64,000 bases of DNA from Azolla caroliniana (taxonomy: Eukaryota > Plantae > Polypodiophyta): contig JBHGNT010000002.1 of NCBI GenBank assembly GCA_043228905.1, positions 16,120,001 through 16,184,000 on the forward strand. The letters run 5' to 3'. A model generated the notes under the pieces. That model ran no database searches and had not been told where the DNA came from. It saw only the letters and a program-made list of their open reading frames with translations. Each line of letters opens with the position of its first letter. Positions within the stretch are counted from its first letter, which is position 1. Shown here piece by piece: positions 31,850-44,194 of the stretch. The translations under genes and the position numbers were made by a program.

Positions 31850-32718
31850 CATATATTAAAATGTCCATTTCTAATGAGATTCTTGTAGATATAAAGGGCT
31901 TGATTATTGCCCGTCAAGTTTGGGAGAAACTGAAGACAACTTACGAGAATACTACTCTTGTGAATCATGTGCATTTGATGAGAAAACTTGTCAGTATGAG
32001 GCTTGATGAGTCGGAATGTGCAACAAAGCATCTATTGTTATTCACAGGTACTCTCTCCCAACTACAAGATTCAGGAACACAAATGTAGGACAAAGAAATA
32101 GAAGTAAGATTAGAGGGAAAGGAAAGCAACAAGATATCACATGCTATCAGTGTGGTTGCAAAGGTCATAAGAAACTTGATTGTAGATATTTGAAGATGGA
32201 ACTAACAAGGAAGAAGAATGTAGGAGAGAAGAAAAACAAAGATGATAAGTTTAATACAATAGAGAAAGCTAATATGGCGTCAAATGTTATCGTTGAAGAC
32301 CTATCTAGTGATGATGGTGATGTACTTTGTATTGCAGTTGATGCCTTCATAGCTCATGGTTAAGACATGCAAATCACCAAAATAGATGTTATTCATGCTT
32401 TATTGTGAATCGATGATGGATTAACACAGACATGGATAGTAGACTTTGGGGCTTCTTTTCATGTTACTCCATGTTTGGAGTGCTTTACCACATTTGATGC
32501 AGGCATTTATGGAAAAGTTAATCTTGGTAACAATAATGCTTGCAATATTGATGGTATTGCCACCATACACTTGTCTTTGGATAATGGTCAAGAGCTCGTG
32601 CTCAAAGATGTCAGGTATGTACCTGGCATTAAGAAAAGTTTGCTATCTGTAGGACAGATGTATTTGCATGGTTACACCACATTATTCGGTGGTGGATTGT
32701 GGAAACTTAAGAAAGGAT

Positions 32719-32963
32719 CTGAACTGACAAAATTGCTAGCCATTTCCTTTGCATTTATTTTATGGAATTAGAAAAGAAAACTGTCACAACAAACTCCTAA
32801 ATAAAAGTAGGAGTTTTTTCTTATCCTTTTGGATATGAAGCACACACTAAATACCAGGAATACATTTGTGTCCTGTACACATTGCACATATTTTCTTACC
32901 ATTCCTCCAAGAAAGTTTCTGCACAGAACACCCAAGGCAAGTGTGGTTAAATTGTGCATATTA
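32719..32963 (+). repeat. ~245-bp copy of intron sequence 30342-30586 inserted in the intronic copia
   Basis: Near-identical direct copy, flanked by the 17-bp duplication AACTTAAGAAAGGATCT. Confidence 0.92.
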
Positions 32964-34401
32964 ACTCATATTAACTTAAGAAAGGATCTATAGTTATTGT
33001 GAAAGGTTGCAAAAAAGGCACTCTCTACTATTTGCAATGTAAAGCTTCACCTCGAAGGTTTCTTGCTATTGCTTAATCTGACTCTCGTTTAGAGCTTTGG
33101 CATAAGAGATTAGGACATATGAGCCAAAAAGGACTTGAAGTCCTTTTTTCTCTAAAAAGACTTGATGTTAAAGGATCAAAGCTGGTTTTTTGTAGTGATT
33201 GTCTATTTGGCAAACAAATGAGAAATTCTTATTATTCTGGTGTCTCTCGTAAACCAAATGTGCTAGATTTGGTGCATTTTGATGTATGTAGCATGCCTGT
33301 AAAATCTTTGGGTGGTGCTGCATATCTTATTTCCTTTATTGATGATTATTCTAGGAAGATTTGGCTGTACTTGATGAAAAAAAAGGATGATGCATTTGAT
33401 GCATTTAAATCTTTTCATGCATTTGTAACTACCCAAAAAGGGACAAAACTGAAATGTCTTAGAACAGATAATGGGGGCGAGTTTACATCTGCAGAATTTA
33501 AGTCCTTTTGTGACTTACATGGTATTAAAAGAGAGCTTACAGCTCCATATAACCCTTCGTCAAATGGGGTGGCAGAAAGGTATAATAGGACATTGTGTGA
33601 GTGAGTACGATGCATGCTGTCCACAACTAATCTCCCTCATGAATTTTGGGGAGAAGCATTAAAACCCATGGTTCATATATGTAATCGTTCTCCCAACAAG
33701 TCCTTAAAGAATGGAATCCCTGAGGAGGTTTGGTCTGGCAAACCAGCCTCATGACCATTTACGAATTTTCGGTTGTGATGCATTTGTACACATTAGAAGT
33801 GAGTTGAGAAACAAGCTTGATGCTAAGTCCACCATGGGCATTTTTATGGGCTATGGTGATGAAGGTGCAATGGGCTCACCTGGACAGGACACCTCCTTTT
33901 GTAACGTGAACACACCTTTTTTAGGGTTAACTAATATAATAACCTTTTTCTTGCGTACCAATTAAGGCAGTTGCGTACACCAAAAATCTGTGTGACTCTC
34001 TCTACTCTCATCTCGACTACAGTCCGTTTTGCTGAACATCATCCCTCAATAGCTGCTCCCTCAAACATCTCTCTTTACCTTTAGAAAATTTCAAGTATAA
34101 GGTAGGTATACAACTATTAATATAGCAGTAGCCAGATCCATGAATCTTGTCAAGCTAAATAATCTCAGACCAAAGTCAAGAAATATATCCAGTTACCAAT
34201 TCAAAGAGGAAGGAAAAACTGATGACCTTGCTTACAAAAATCATGATGGAATTGTCAGGTAGCATCTGAAGATAAGGAGCCCATAATGCCAGGTTAAAAA
34301 CGTAGAATTAAGAGAATGACAGTCCGTGTACATGGATAATGACATTGAGGTATTTGTGGTCAATTTTGAAAGATAATATGCCAAATTTTGTCTTGTTGCA
34401 G

Positions 34402-34445
34402 CATTGGGTGTATACATATCAGTCACTTTTTTCAAAGCCTTGCAG
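34402..34445 (+). CDS. MED27: MED27 exon 6
   Basis: TGCAG| acceptor; HWVYTYQSLFSKPC; donor AG|GTAAAA. Confidence 0.88.
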
Positions 34446-34601
34446 GTAAAATTCTATATCGAAAGTTGTTATTGTAGTACCCTTCAAAGTTTGCTTTTGT
34501 GTTCATATGGTTTGACTGTATTATATGTTCCCATCCTCAAAATTTCATGCTTAACTGAGTTCGTACTACTGCTACTGTCTTTCTTTGTTGATATGTAACA
34601 G

Positions 34602-34791
34602 CTTATGCAAAAAGGTCTTGGCACTTGATAAGTCCTCTGATGTGCTTTTGCCTCCTGTGGTAAGGCCATTTCATCAAGTTTTGAAGTTGTCCCCTTCATT
34701 CCTATCTGTGAAAATAGACGAGTTGACAGATGAAAAAATTATTGCATACCATTTATCATGCACATCCAGAGAAGAAAGTGTCACTCACTAA
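34602..34791 (+). CDS. MED27: MED27 exon 7 (stop TAA 34789-34791)
   Basis: ACAG| acceptor; SLCKKVLALDKSSDVLLPPVVRPF...AYHLSC completes the C-terminal CxxC...HxxC motif. The seven exons sum to 1380 nt. Confidence 0.9.
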
Positions 34792-35577
34792 TATCGAGAG
34801 GATCTTGTAATAATATTTTCCGTGGTAGTTAATTTTTCAATTCTATGTTGTTTCTTCTTCTTTGAATATTTGAAAAGCTAGTTCACTATCTTGCATTATC
34901 TAAGCAACATGTGATATGGAGGCATACCGAAGTGATATGGTGGGGAGGAATGATTTTACCAAAGAAACTACATGTTTGAAATAGTACGTTTATTTTATGA
35001 GCCTATTAGTAGATTTGACTCTGTAAATTTGCGAAAGTGAAGGTCCATACCTAAAAGCATATATCAAGTTTGACTTCTATTCTACTCTGGCTTGAAGTTC
35101 TTTTACGAAGGAAAATTCTATATATGATTTTGAAACTAGAATCATGCAAAGCACTATATGATTTTCTATTGAAATGTTTGGAATTGGTAGGTTGAAATCT
35201 CCTTTCTATAGTCGTTGAGGTAGCAGCTTAAAATTCCATTCCATATTGATCCATGTGGCATTGGGTTGTATCGGTGTCGTGAAATGTTTTGATTCTTGCG
35301 TTCCTTTATTTGAGCTATAAATAAAGCCAAATATGTTTCTTATTAAGATGTGTGTTGATATTTGTCTCTAGAATTTGTAGGTGAAGACATCATATTTCCA
35401 TTGGTAATAATAAGAGGAATATAGTTTTTAGGAAACACTAAAATGTTTTTGGACTTTTCCACAAATTTCTTTGACTAATATATTTTTTGTTTTCAATTAG
35501 CACAATTGTTTAACAAAACACTTGTAAATAAGAATATTGCGAAGAATACAACTAGTTTGGGTTTATCTCAGAATATG

Positions 35578-35832
35578 TCATTCTCTTTTTTGGAATGTAT
35601 TCAAAGCATTGGTCAAACCAAAAGACATGATGAGAAAAACATAATGGTTGTCATTGCGTGTATAAAAATGTTGTTTTTGAAATATTGTTTTTAATCCAAT
35701 TTGGTAATAATTAATTATTGAGCTCCTCGGTAGACAATGAAGCAAGTCATCCGTGTAGGGGAAGGGATAATAATTCTTGATTGTGACTTCATTCAATTGA
35801 TAATAATTTGATGTATAGTTGCTAAGTTCCAT
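35578..35832 (-). pseudogene. Very old Ty3/gypsy RT relic
   Basis: YYQLNEVTIKNYYPFPYTDDLL and FLIMSFGLTNALNTFQ resemble the gypsy RT motifs DYRxLNxVTIKNxYPLPxIDDLL and MPFGLTNAPATFQ. Confidence 0.7.
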
Positions 35833-37545
35833 CCTTTTTTATACTAAGAGGATTGTATTAAGTTGATTTGCAATTCAAAGTCTATAGTATCTTCGTAAGT
35901 ATCCATATTGAGTGACAATGGGTGAATCAAGTTATTGATGTATTAAAACCTCCATTACGAAGTCTTAACCTTTGAACCAAAGGATCATCGATGAAAAATT
36001 ATGAGAGATTTTAGAGTTGAGTAACAAATAAATTGGAGACCCTTTGATAATTTTGTTGACATGAAACAAATCATTACATGGTGTGAGTTTGAATATGGAT
36101 AATTACTAAGATGTTAAGTTTGATTATCAAGCATATTAAATAATTGACCTTTACTGTCAACAACTGTTTCGCCTTTTAATTCAAACTCTTGTTAGGGCTT
36201 GTGATATTGCTCTTTTGTGGGACCTTTCTTTTTGCAATATTCAAGTAGTTAGGAGTCTCAAGTAGAGAATTTCAAATTTTGTCTCGTCTGAAGTAGGAAT
36301 TTATCATGGTCTTTTGATGTGTGACCATAACAAGTAAAATGTTTAAGTACATCCTTGATATTAGTGAAATCCTTACCATGGACAATCTAGTGATAGTTAA
36401 GTTAGGAATGAAATGTAGCTATTATGTACTAAATCAATTGTCACACTTGAGACTTGATTTGAGTCAGGTCTTAATGCGATGAACATAATCTTTGAGGGAA
36501 GAAAATATTCGCCTGGAGTAAGGAGGTGTTGTATTGCCTCAATCATAGATGGGGGTTAGAGAATACATGTCTTAAAGGCGACGATGAAGTCCTCATAAGA
36601 AATGGGCAACGGTTGTTGCTTTATCCCCAAGCTCACCAATCACATAAGCAATGTTAGTACAATCGAGCTCGGTATGGAGCTTAAAATGGGGTGTGGTTTC
36701 TTAGGTTGGATACAATATAAGATGATAATAGTTAAAAGTCAACAAAAAACCATGAAAAACGACAAATAGAGTGAATTGTCCTTTGTTATAAAACCTCACA
36801 AGGTTGATAAGAATAAATTAACCTAAGAAGCTATTAACACATGGCTTGGTTGTTGGGTGGAATGTACCAAGATAACAATGTTGTTGCTTTGGCATGCACA
36901 ATGGGGATGCTATTGTGGTTGCGTTATAGAGCTTGCCACGATGTTGATATGGTAGTTCTACCACCACTGCTGGTGGTTGCAATGATTGCAAGGGCATTGT
37001 TGTGGTAGAGCTCTATAGAAGCCCACCACAATATTGTTGTGGTGGGTTTGCAATCTCCTTCCATGGAGACAAAGTCCCATGAGGGCACAATTGTAGTGGT
37101 ATTGTAGAAGCTTGCCATAGTGTTGTGGCATTCATACAACAACTTGCCATGACATTTGTAAATCTCCCGTGCTACAATGCCAATTAGGGATTGTTGTGGT
37201 TGTGCTACAAATTCACATCATGGTGTTGCTACGATGGTTCTATGGAAGCATGAACTAGAAAGTGGCCCAAGGGGTAAGGGGCATGGAATATTGAAAAACA
37301 ACAATTGATGGTTGTTGGAACATACCCTAATGACCTTGTTAAGGCCGTGGCCATGGTGACAAAGCTAATCCTATCATAGTGGTGCACCATTTTGTTGCTT
37401 ATGGTGGCATGTCATGTTTGCCTCTTGTTGGCACGAAAGCCATGTTGCTAGACACACATGGCAAAAACAAATTTAAACTTGAATGTCAACAAACATATAT
37501 GGTAATGTAGGAAACATACGAGATAGATAGATAGATAGATTATAG

Positions 37546-37856
37546 GGAAAAGTACCAAGATACCCCTGGAAGTTCGTCTATTTACCATAATGCTCGTGGA
37601 AGTTCCAAATTTACCAAACTACCCCTATGTCCAAAAAATTACACTTTATAAAGTAATTATACACTCAAATCTTTTGTAAATAGGGCTAGTTCGGGTCCAT
37701 TCCTTCCATATTTGGTAAATAGAGCTTGTAGATTTGAGTGTATAATTACTTTATAAAGTGCAATTTTTTGGACATAGGGGTAGTTTGGTAAATTTGAAAC
37801 TTCCATGGGCATTATGGTAAATAGACGAACTTCCAGGGGTATCCTAGTACTTTTCC
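37546..37856. mobile_element. Foldback MITE, Mutator-like long TIRs (127 bp each, 57-bp spacer)
   Basis: 37546-37672 is the near-perfect reverse complement of 37730-37856 (GGAAAAGTAC...GTACTTTTCC). Confidence 0.88.
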
Positions 37857-37965
37857 TCTTGTTTGCCTCTTGTTGGCACGAAAGCCATGTTGCTAGACAC
37901 ACATGGCAAAAACAAATTTTAACTCGAATGTCAACAAACATATATGGTAATGTAGGAAACATACG

Positions 37966-37979
37966 AGATAGATAGATAC

Positions 37980-38033
<54 letters not shown>
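37966..38033. repeat. (GATA)n microsatellite, ~17 units; probable 3' tail of the LINE
   Basis: Directly visible; abuts the LINE 3' end. Confidence 0.93.
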
Positions 38034-38318
38034 TATATTATCGTCTTCGGAGGTCAAATATGACCTATGAGACCAAAAATATTACATTTCACATGATACG
38101 TGTGAAAGTGAGTAGTGACTCTCGATGTTCAAGAACTTTACCAATGAACGTTGCAATCGAGAGTGCACATTGTGATTGTGAGAGGAATTCATGCAAGGAT
38201 TGGGCTTGGTCGAAGAGATGTGGAAAGCATGATCAGATATGATCAAAGGCAGAGCATTGTATCAAAGTGTGATACTAAGATTCGTGAACTTGTTTAGGGC
38301 AAAGTGTGCATAGGCGAC
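38034..38318 (-). mobile_element. LINE 3' end (C-terminal CCHC region)
   Basis: Minus frame RLCTLCPKQVHES*YHTLIQC continues the frame from 44195 across the F insertion. Confidence 0.75.
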
Positions 38319-40460
38319 TATTGGGAAATCGGTCCCTCCGGATGGGATCCGACTGTGAATGAAGAGATCCGGAAACAGAATCGGATGGACCCGGTGAGAA
38401 CCGGAAGAGAAGACAGATTTGTAAATATGTCTTCAGTAAGCCTATTGAGGCTACGTTTGTAAATAGACCTAAGTTCATATAAGTATAAATATGACTTCGG
38501 GCAATCACTTTAGGTAAAAAACAAAGAGAGAGAGTTATATGTGGTAGTTGTTCATATCATTGTAATTGTTGTACAGAGAGAGAGCAATAGAGAGGGAGAG
38601 GGCGTGAGATACAGAGAGATACTCTATTGGCGAAGATACAAAGCTCGAGGTCGTTGCCTCCGAGGCTCAGATTGTACCTTTCTCCTATAGTGATAGTTGG
38701 AGTCCGTGGGATCCCGTGGTTTTTCCCTATTTGGGTTTTCCACGTAAACATCGTGTATATTTCCTTTCTGTACTCTCCACTTCCCATTTCTGTGTTTGAT
38801 TCTCATTGAAGTGATTCATTACTCGGTTGTGGTCGAGCTATATTCCGCGCTATTCTCAACAAACTGGTATCAGAGAAACAACACGGGAAATGGAAGAATC
38901 GTGCGGCGGCATGTTCAAACTCCCCGGCTCCAACTACTCAGTGTGGAAGTCGAAGATGAGGGATATGCTGGTGGTTAAAGATCTTTGGTTACCGGTTCAG
39001 TTTGGGGACAAGAGGCCGGATAAGATCGATGCCACAGTGTGGGAGGTGATGCACATGAAGATGACGACATACATCCGGTTCTTCATCGACATGAGCTTGT
39101 ACAACAACTTCAATGAAGAGAGCAAGGCTCATGAACTTTGGGAGAAGATACACATCATGTTCCAGAATAAAGAATGTTGTTAATTGGGTTTCGGTATTCC
39201 GGAAGCTAGTGAGGCTCCGGTACTACAACGACTCTAGTATGGCGGAGAACATGAATGCCTTCCAGGGACTGATCCACCATGCAACCTCATTGGAAGTACC
39301 TCTTGCCGATGAGGTACTCACATTGCTCTTGCTCGGTTCCCTCTCGGATAGCTGGGAGGCGTTAGTTGTCACATTGGGCAACGCCGGGCCGAAAGGAAAA
39401 TAGTTGTCCCTAACAAGGGTAAAATCAAGCTTGCTAGATGAAGAAGCTCACTGGAAGGACCGGGAGTCCGGAACCGATCCGAAGCCCTTGGTCACGGAAG
39501 ATGACCACAACCGGGGAAGAGGCCGGTATCGGAGTCCCCAAAACTGGGACAAGTCGGGGACGAGGTCGAAGTCAAGGGGGAGGCCTACTTGCTTCTACTG
39601 TGGGAAGCCGGGGCACTTCCAGAAGAACTATCGGCATTTTCGGAAAGAGAAGGAAACCGATACTACCGTTTCGAAGAAGAGTTCGGACCGGAGAGGCCCA
39701 GATCGGAAGGGAACGTCGGTGATTGCGACAAGTGAAGAAGAACTGATGCTCATTACCGAAGAGAATGAGTTAAACCTTGTTCGTGATGAAACAACGTGGG
39801 TTGTCGATTCCGGAGCGTCGTTCTACTTGACACCGGATCAGAGGTGCTTCTCATCCTACACAGTTGGAGATCATGGTTGTGTCCAGATGGGGAATGAAGG
39901 TACATGCCGAATTGTCGGCATAGGAGATGTGTTGTTGATGACATCAACTAGATGCAAATTGCTGTTGAAGGATGTCCGACACGTTGCGGAGGTTTGACTG
40001 AACCTGATATTAGCCGTTCGGTTAGATGATGAACGCTACAGAGGTAGCATCCGGAACGGATTTATGAAGTTTAGAAAGGGAAGCTTGATAGTGGCTCGAG
40101 CCCGGAAGATCAATACTCTGTACTTGATGAATGCCCGGATATGCCGGGAAGAAGGGAACGTAGCATTCGACACTACCGGTGAGCTGTAGCACAAAAGACT
40201 GTGTCACATGAGTGAGAAGGGGATGAAGAGGCTTGCCGAAGACAACCTCATTCTGGTGAAGGACGTGCAACTTGAGAATTGCACCGATTGCTTGGCCGGC
40301 AAGCAAAACCGAACCTCCTTCCGGTCAAGACCACCGATGAGACGGAATGCACCACTAGAGCTGGTGCATATTGATGTGTGTCAAGTGGACACGAAGTCAC
40401 TTGCTGGATCGCAGTACTTCGTGATGTTCATAGATGACCAAAGCCGGAAGCTATGGGTCT

Positions 40461-41211
40461 TGTCAGAAAATACGTGGAATAATCTTCGGCCACAATCGAA
40501 GCGTAGATCACTTGATGACAATCGAACACAGAAGAAATGAGAATGGAGGTAAGTACACGAACAAAAAAGAGAATACACAGGATGTTAACGTGGAAAATCC
40601 CCGAGAGGGAAAAACCTTGGGAGTCCACGGACTCCAAACTATCACTATGCCAATGATTACAACAGGGAGCACAGAGGCAACGACCTCCTGCCCACGATCT
40701 TCACCTGGCGGCAGTTACAACAGAGACATGCTTTGTATCGCTCTCTCTCTCTCTCTGTACAGTCGTTACACCAAATTACACTATACGAAGATAATGACAG
40801 CAACAGTATAAACACTGTTTGCCCTAGGTCACATTTTTACTAATATGACATTAGGACTATTTACAGATATAGCCCCAATGGGCTCTCAAAAACATATCTA
40901 CATATATGTCCCTTCATCCGGTGAGAGGTTCTCACCGGGCCTGCAACATCCGGTTCTCACCGGGTCTTCCTTGCGGGGTACTCGTCATCCGGTTCTCACC
41001 GGGTCTTCCTTGCCAGGTACTCGTCATCTAGTTCTCACCAGGTCTTCCTTGTGGGGTACTTGTCATCCAATTCTCACCGGTTCTTCCTTGCGGGGTACTC
41101 GTCATCCAGTTCTCACCGGGTCTTCCTTGCCAGGTACTCGTCATCCGGTTCTCACCGGGTATTCTGATGCCGGGCCTTCGTATCCCATCCGGAGGGACTG
41201 AGATCCTAACA
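40461..41211 (-). mobile_element. Solo LTR (751 bp) of the B/F/J family inserted in the integrase of F
   Basis: Perfect TSD GGTCT at 40456-40460 and 41212-41216; minus-strand start TGTTAGGATCTCAGTCCCTCCGGATGGGA. Confidence 0.93.
40947..41160. repeat. 39-bp tandem array (5.5 units) in U3 of the solo LTR
   Basis: Head-to-tail units CATCCGGTTCTCACCGGGTCTTCCTTGCGGGGTACTCGT. Confidence 0.95.
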
Positions 41212-44194
41212 GGTCTCACTGTTGAAGACGAAGGATCAGGTGCTATACGTCTTTAAGGAACTCCACGGGAGAGTGGAAAGAGAAACCAGCCGGAAGTTGA
41301 AGGCGGTTCAAACAAATAATGGAGGAGGATATCGAGGACAGTTCGAGGAGTACTGTCGGTTGAAGGGAATCCGGCTCGAATTTATCGTGCCGAAGACGCT
41401 GGAACTAAACGGGCTGGCCGAAAGGATGAACTGGACCATAATGGAGAGAGTCCGGAGCATGCTCACACATGCCAAGTTACCCAAGACGTTTTGGGCTGAG
41501 GCGCTGACGATGACGATCTACGTGATAATCAGATCACCCTCAATACCCTTGGGAGCAGACTCATCTAAGAAAGTATGGACCAGCAAAGATGTATCTTATC
41601 GGCATCTGAAGGTGTTCAAGTGTCTCGCATACGTGCATGTGGTGAAGGACAAGAGAGCAAAGCTAGATCTGAAGTCCCTGCCATGCATATTCCTTGGATA
41701 CGATGATGATGAGTTCAGTTATCGGGTGTGGGATCTGGTTGACAAGAAGGTGTTCCAGAGTCGGGACATAATCTTCATGGAAGACAAGACCATTGCTGAC
41801 TAGGAGTTGGAGAAGAAGAAGATGAACTCCGGATCATCCAATGAAGACCGGCTTGAGGACATAAGGATATACCCGGTTGAAAACTGGATGTTAGCTGGTA
41901 ATCGGATGACACTCGATGAACCGGCCGGATACGAACAAGAAACCGAACCGACCGAAGAAGAAGACACAGGAACCGGACAAGATCCCGAATCAGATTCGGA
42001 TTTGGAACAAACGGAGGAACCGGCAGTCAGAAACCAAGGATGAAGATATCCTCTCAGAGAGAGAAGAGCCCCCTAGAGATTTCCTGATGCAGAGCACGTG
42101 TTGCTAACTGATGAGGGGGAGCCGGAAAGCTTCGAAGAAGCAAAGAGAGACACCCACAACCGCAAGTGGTTGAGTGCCATGTAGGATGAGATGGATTCCC
42201 TGCATGAGAACCACACAAGTGGGAGATGCCGGAAATCCACCAAGGTATAGGGCCCAAATCGTGATGAAGGGATTCCAACAAAAGAAAGGAGTGGATTTCG
42301 ATGAGATCTTTGCCCCAGTAGTAAAGATGACATCCATCCAGACGGTATTGGGCATAGCGGCAAGCATGGACCTCGAGGTAGAGCAACTGGATGTCAAGAA
42401 GGTATTCCGCCATGGTGACCTCGAAGAAGAGATCTTCATGCATCAACCGGAAGTATTTGAGAGGAAAGGGAAGGAGCACCTGGTGTGCTGGCTATAGAAG
42501 AGCCTATACGGACTGAAACAAACCCCCCGGCAATGGTACCGGAAGTTCGACTCCTTCATGACCGACCAAGGGTACCACAAGACGCAAGCCGATCACTGCG
42601 TGTTTGTGAAGAAATTTGACGGAGGAGATTTCCTGATACTCCTCCTATATGTGGATGATTTGCTAATCGTCAGACGAGACCAAGTCAAGATACGGATGTT
42701 GAAGATGGCTCTAAACTGGACCTTCTCAATGAAAGACTTGGGTCTGGCAAGACAAATATTGGGAATGCACATCATCCGGGACTAGTCGAAGAAGCAGTTG
42801 TGGTTGTCACAGGAGAAGTACGTGACAAAGGTGCTTCAACAGTTCAACATGTCAGAGGCGAAACCGGTCGGATCGACACTTCCGGCAAACTGCAAGCTAT
42901 TTGGAAAACAAAGCCCGAGGACAAAGGCGGAGAAGATGGATATAATGAAGATACCATATGCCTCTACCGTTGGGAGCTTGATGTACGCAATGGTATGTAC
43001 CTTGCCGGATATCGGATATGTAGTCGTAGTGGTGAGCCAGTTCATGAGCAATCCCGGCAAAGAGCATTGGAATGCGGTCAAGTGGATACTCCGATATCTA
43101 AAAGGAACTTCGAGTATGTGCCTCCGGTTCGGCTCCGGTAATCCCCAACTTGATGGATTCACGGATTTGGATATGTCAGCTGATGCGGATACTAGGTAGT
43201 CTACATCCGGATATGTCATGACTTATGCAGGGGGAGCTGTATCATGGCAGTCGAGGCTGCCGAAGACGGTTGCGTTGTCAACCACGGAGGCGGAGTACAT
43301 GGCAGCTGTAGAAGCCGGCAAGGAGATAATCTGGATGAAGAACTTCATCGGAGAGCTAGGGATCCAACAAGAAGAATACCGACTCTACTGCGATAGTCAA
43401 AGTGCCATCCACCTTGCAAAGAACGCGCCCTACCATTCCCGGACGAAACATATCCAGCGGAGGTACCACTGTATCCGGGAGAGAGTAGAAGATCAAGAGT
43501 TCATGGTGACGAAGATCCACACGGAGGAGAACGGGTCGGATATGCTGACCAAGGTGTTGACGACTGACAAGCTGGACGCATGCTGAAATTGGATCGGGCT
43601 AACAAGACATCCCATGCCGGAGTGAAGGGGGAGATTGTTGGGAAATCGGTCCCTCTGGATGGGATCTGGCTGTGAATGAAGAGATCCGGAAACAGGATCG
43701 GATGGACCTAGTGAGAACCGAAAGAGAAGATAGATTTGTAAATATGTCTTGAGTAAGCCTAGTGAGGCTACATTTGTAAATAGCCCTAAGTTCATATAAG
43801 TATAAATATGACTTGGGGCAATCACTTTAGGTAAAAAAAGAAGAAGAGAGAGTTGTATGTGGTAGTTGTTCATATCGTTGTAACTGTTGTGTAGAGAGAG
43901 AGAGCGATAGAAAGGGAGAGAGCGTGAGATACAGAGAGATACTCTGTTGTAACTGCTGGTTGGTGAAGATACAGAGCTCGAGGTCGTTGCCTCCGAGGCT
44001 CAGATTGTACCTTTCTCCTATAGTGATAGTTGGAGTCCGTGGGATCCCGTGGTTTTTCCCTATTTGGGTTTTCCACGTAAACATCGTGTATATTTCCTTT
44101 GTGTACTCTCCACTTCCCATTTCTATGTTTGATTCTCATTGAAGTGATTCATTACTCGATTGTGGCCAAGCTATATTCTGCGTTATTCTCAACA

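Larger units (their letters stand above)
30793..34083 (+). mobile_element. Internally deleted Ty1/copia element inside MED27 intron 5
   Basis: 5' LTR 30793-31058, PBS 31061-31073 and partial 3' LTR ~33876-34083; TSD GAAAA at 30788-30792 and 34084-34088. Gag (RFDGKGFELWKERM), protease and integrase (NGVAERYNRT) present; RT and RNase H deleted. Confidence 0.9.
38319..44194 (+). mobile_element. Full-length decayed Ty1/copia element F (B/J family)
   Basis: LTRs 38319-38861 and 43636-44194; PBS 38865-38875; PPT before 43636; TSD GCGAC/ACGAC. Gag-pol 38890-43625 has many stops. Confidence 0.95.

Noticed and set aside
36860-37400. TTGTGG/CCATG-rich stretch as a coding region
   Set aside because: Only short ORFs with no motif; probably a decayed repeat, but I cannot support a call.
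40947-41160. CRISPR-like array (39-bp periodicity; also 53527-53780)
   Set aside because: Head-to-tail repeats with no unique spacers, inside LTR U3 regions, and no cas genes.
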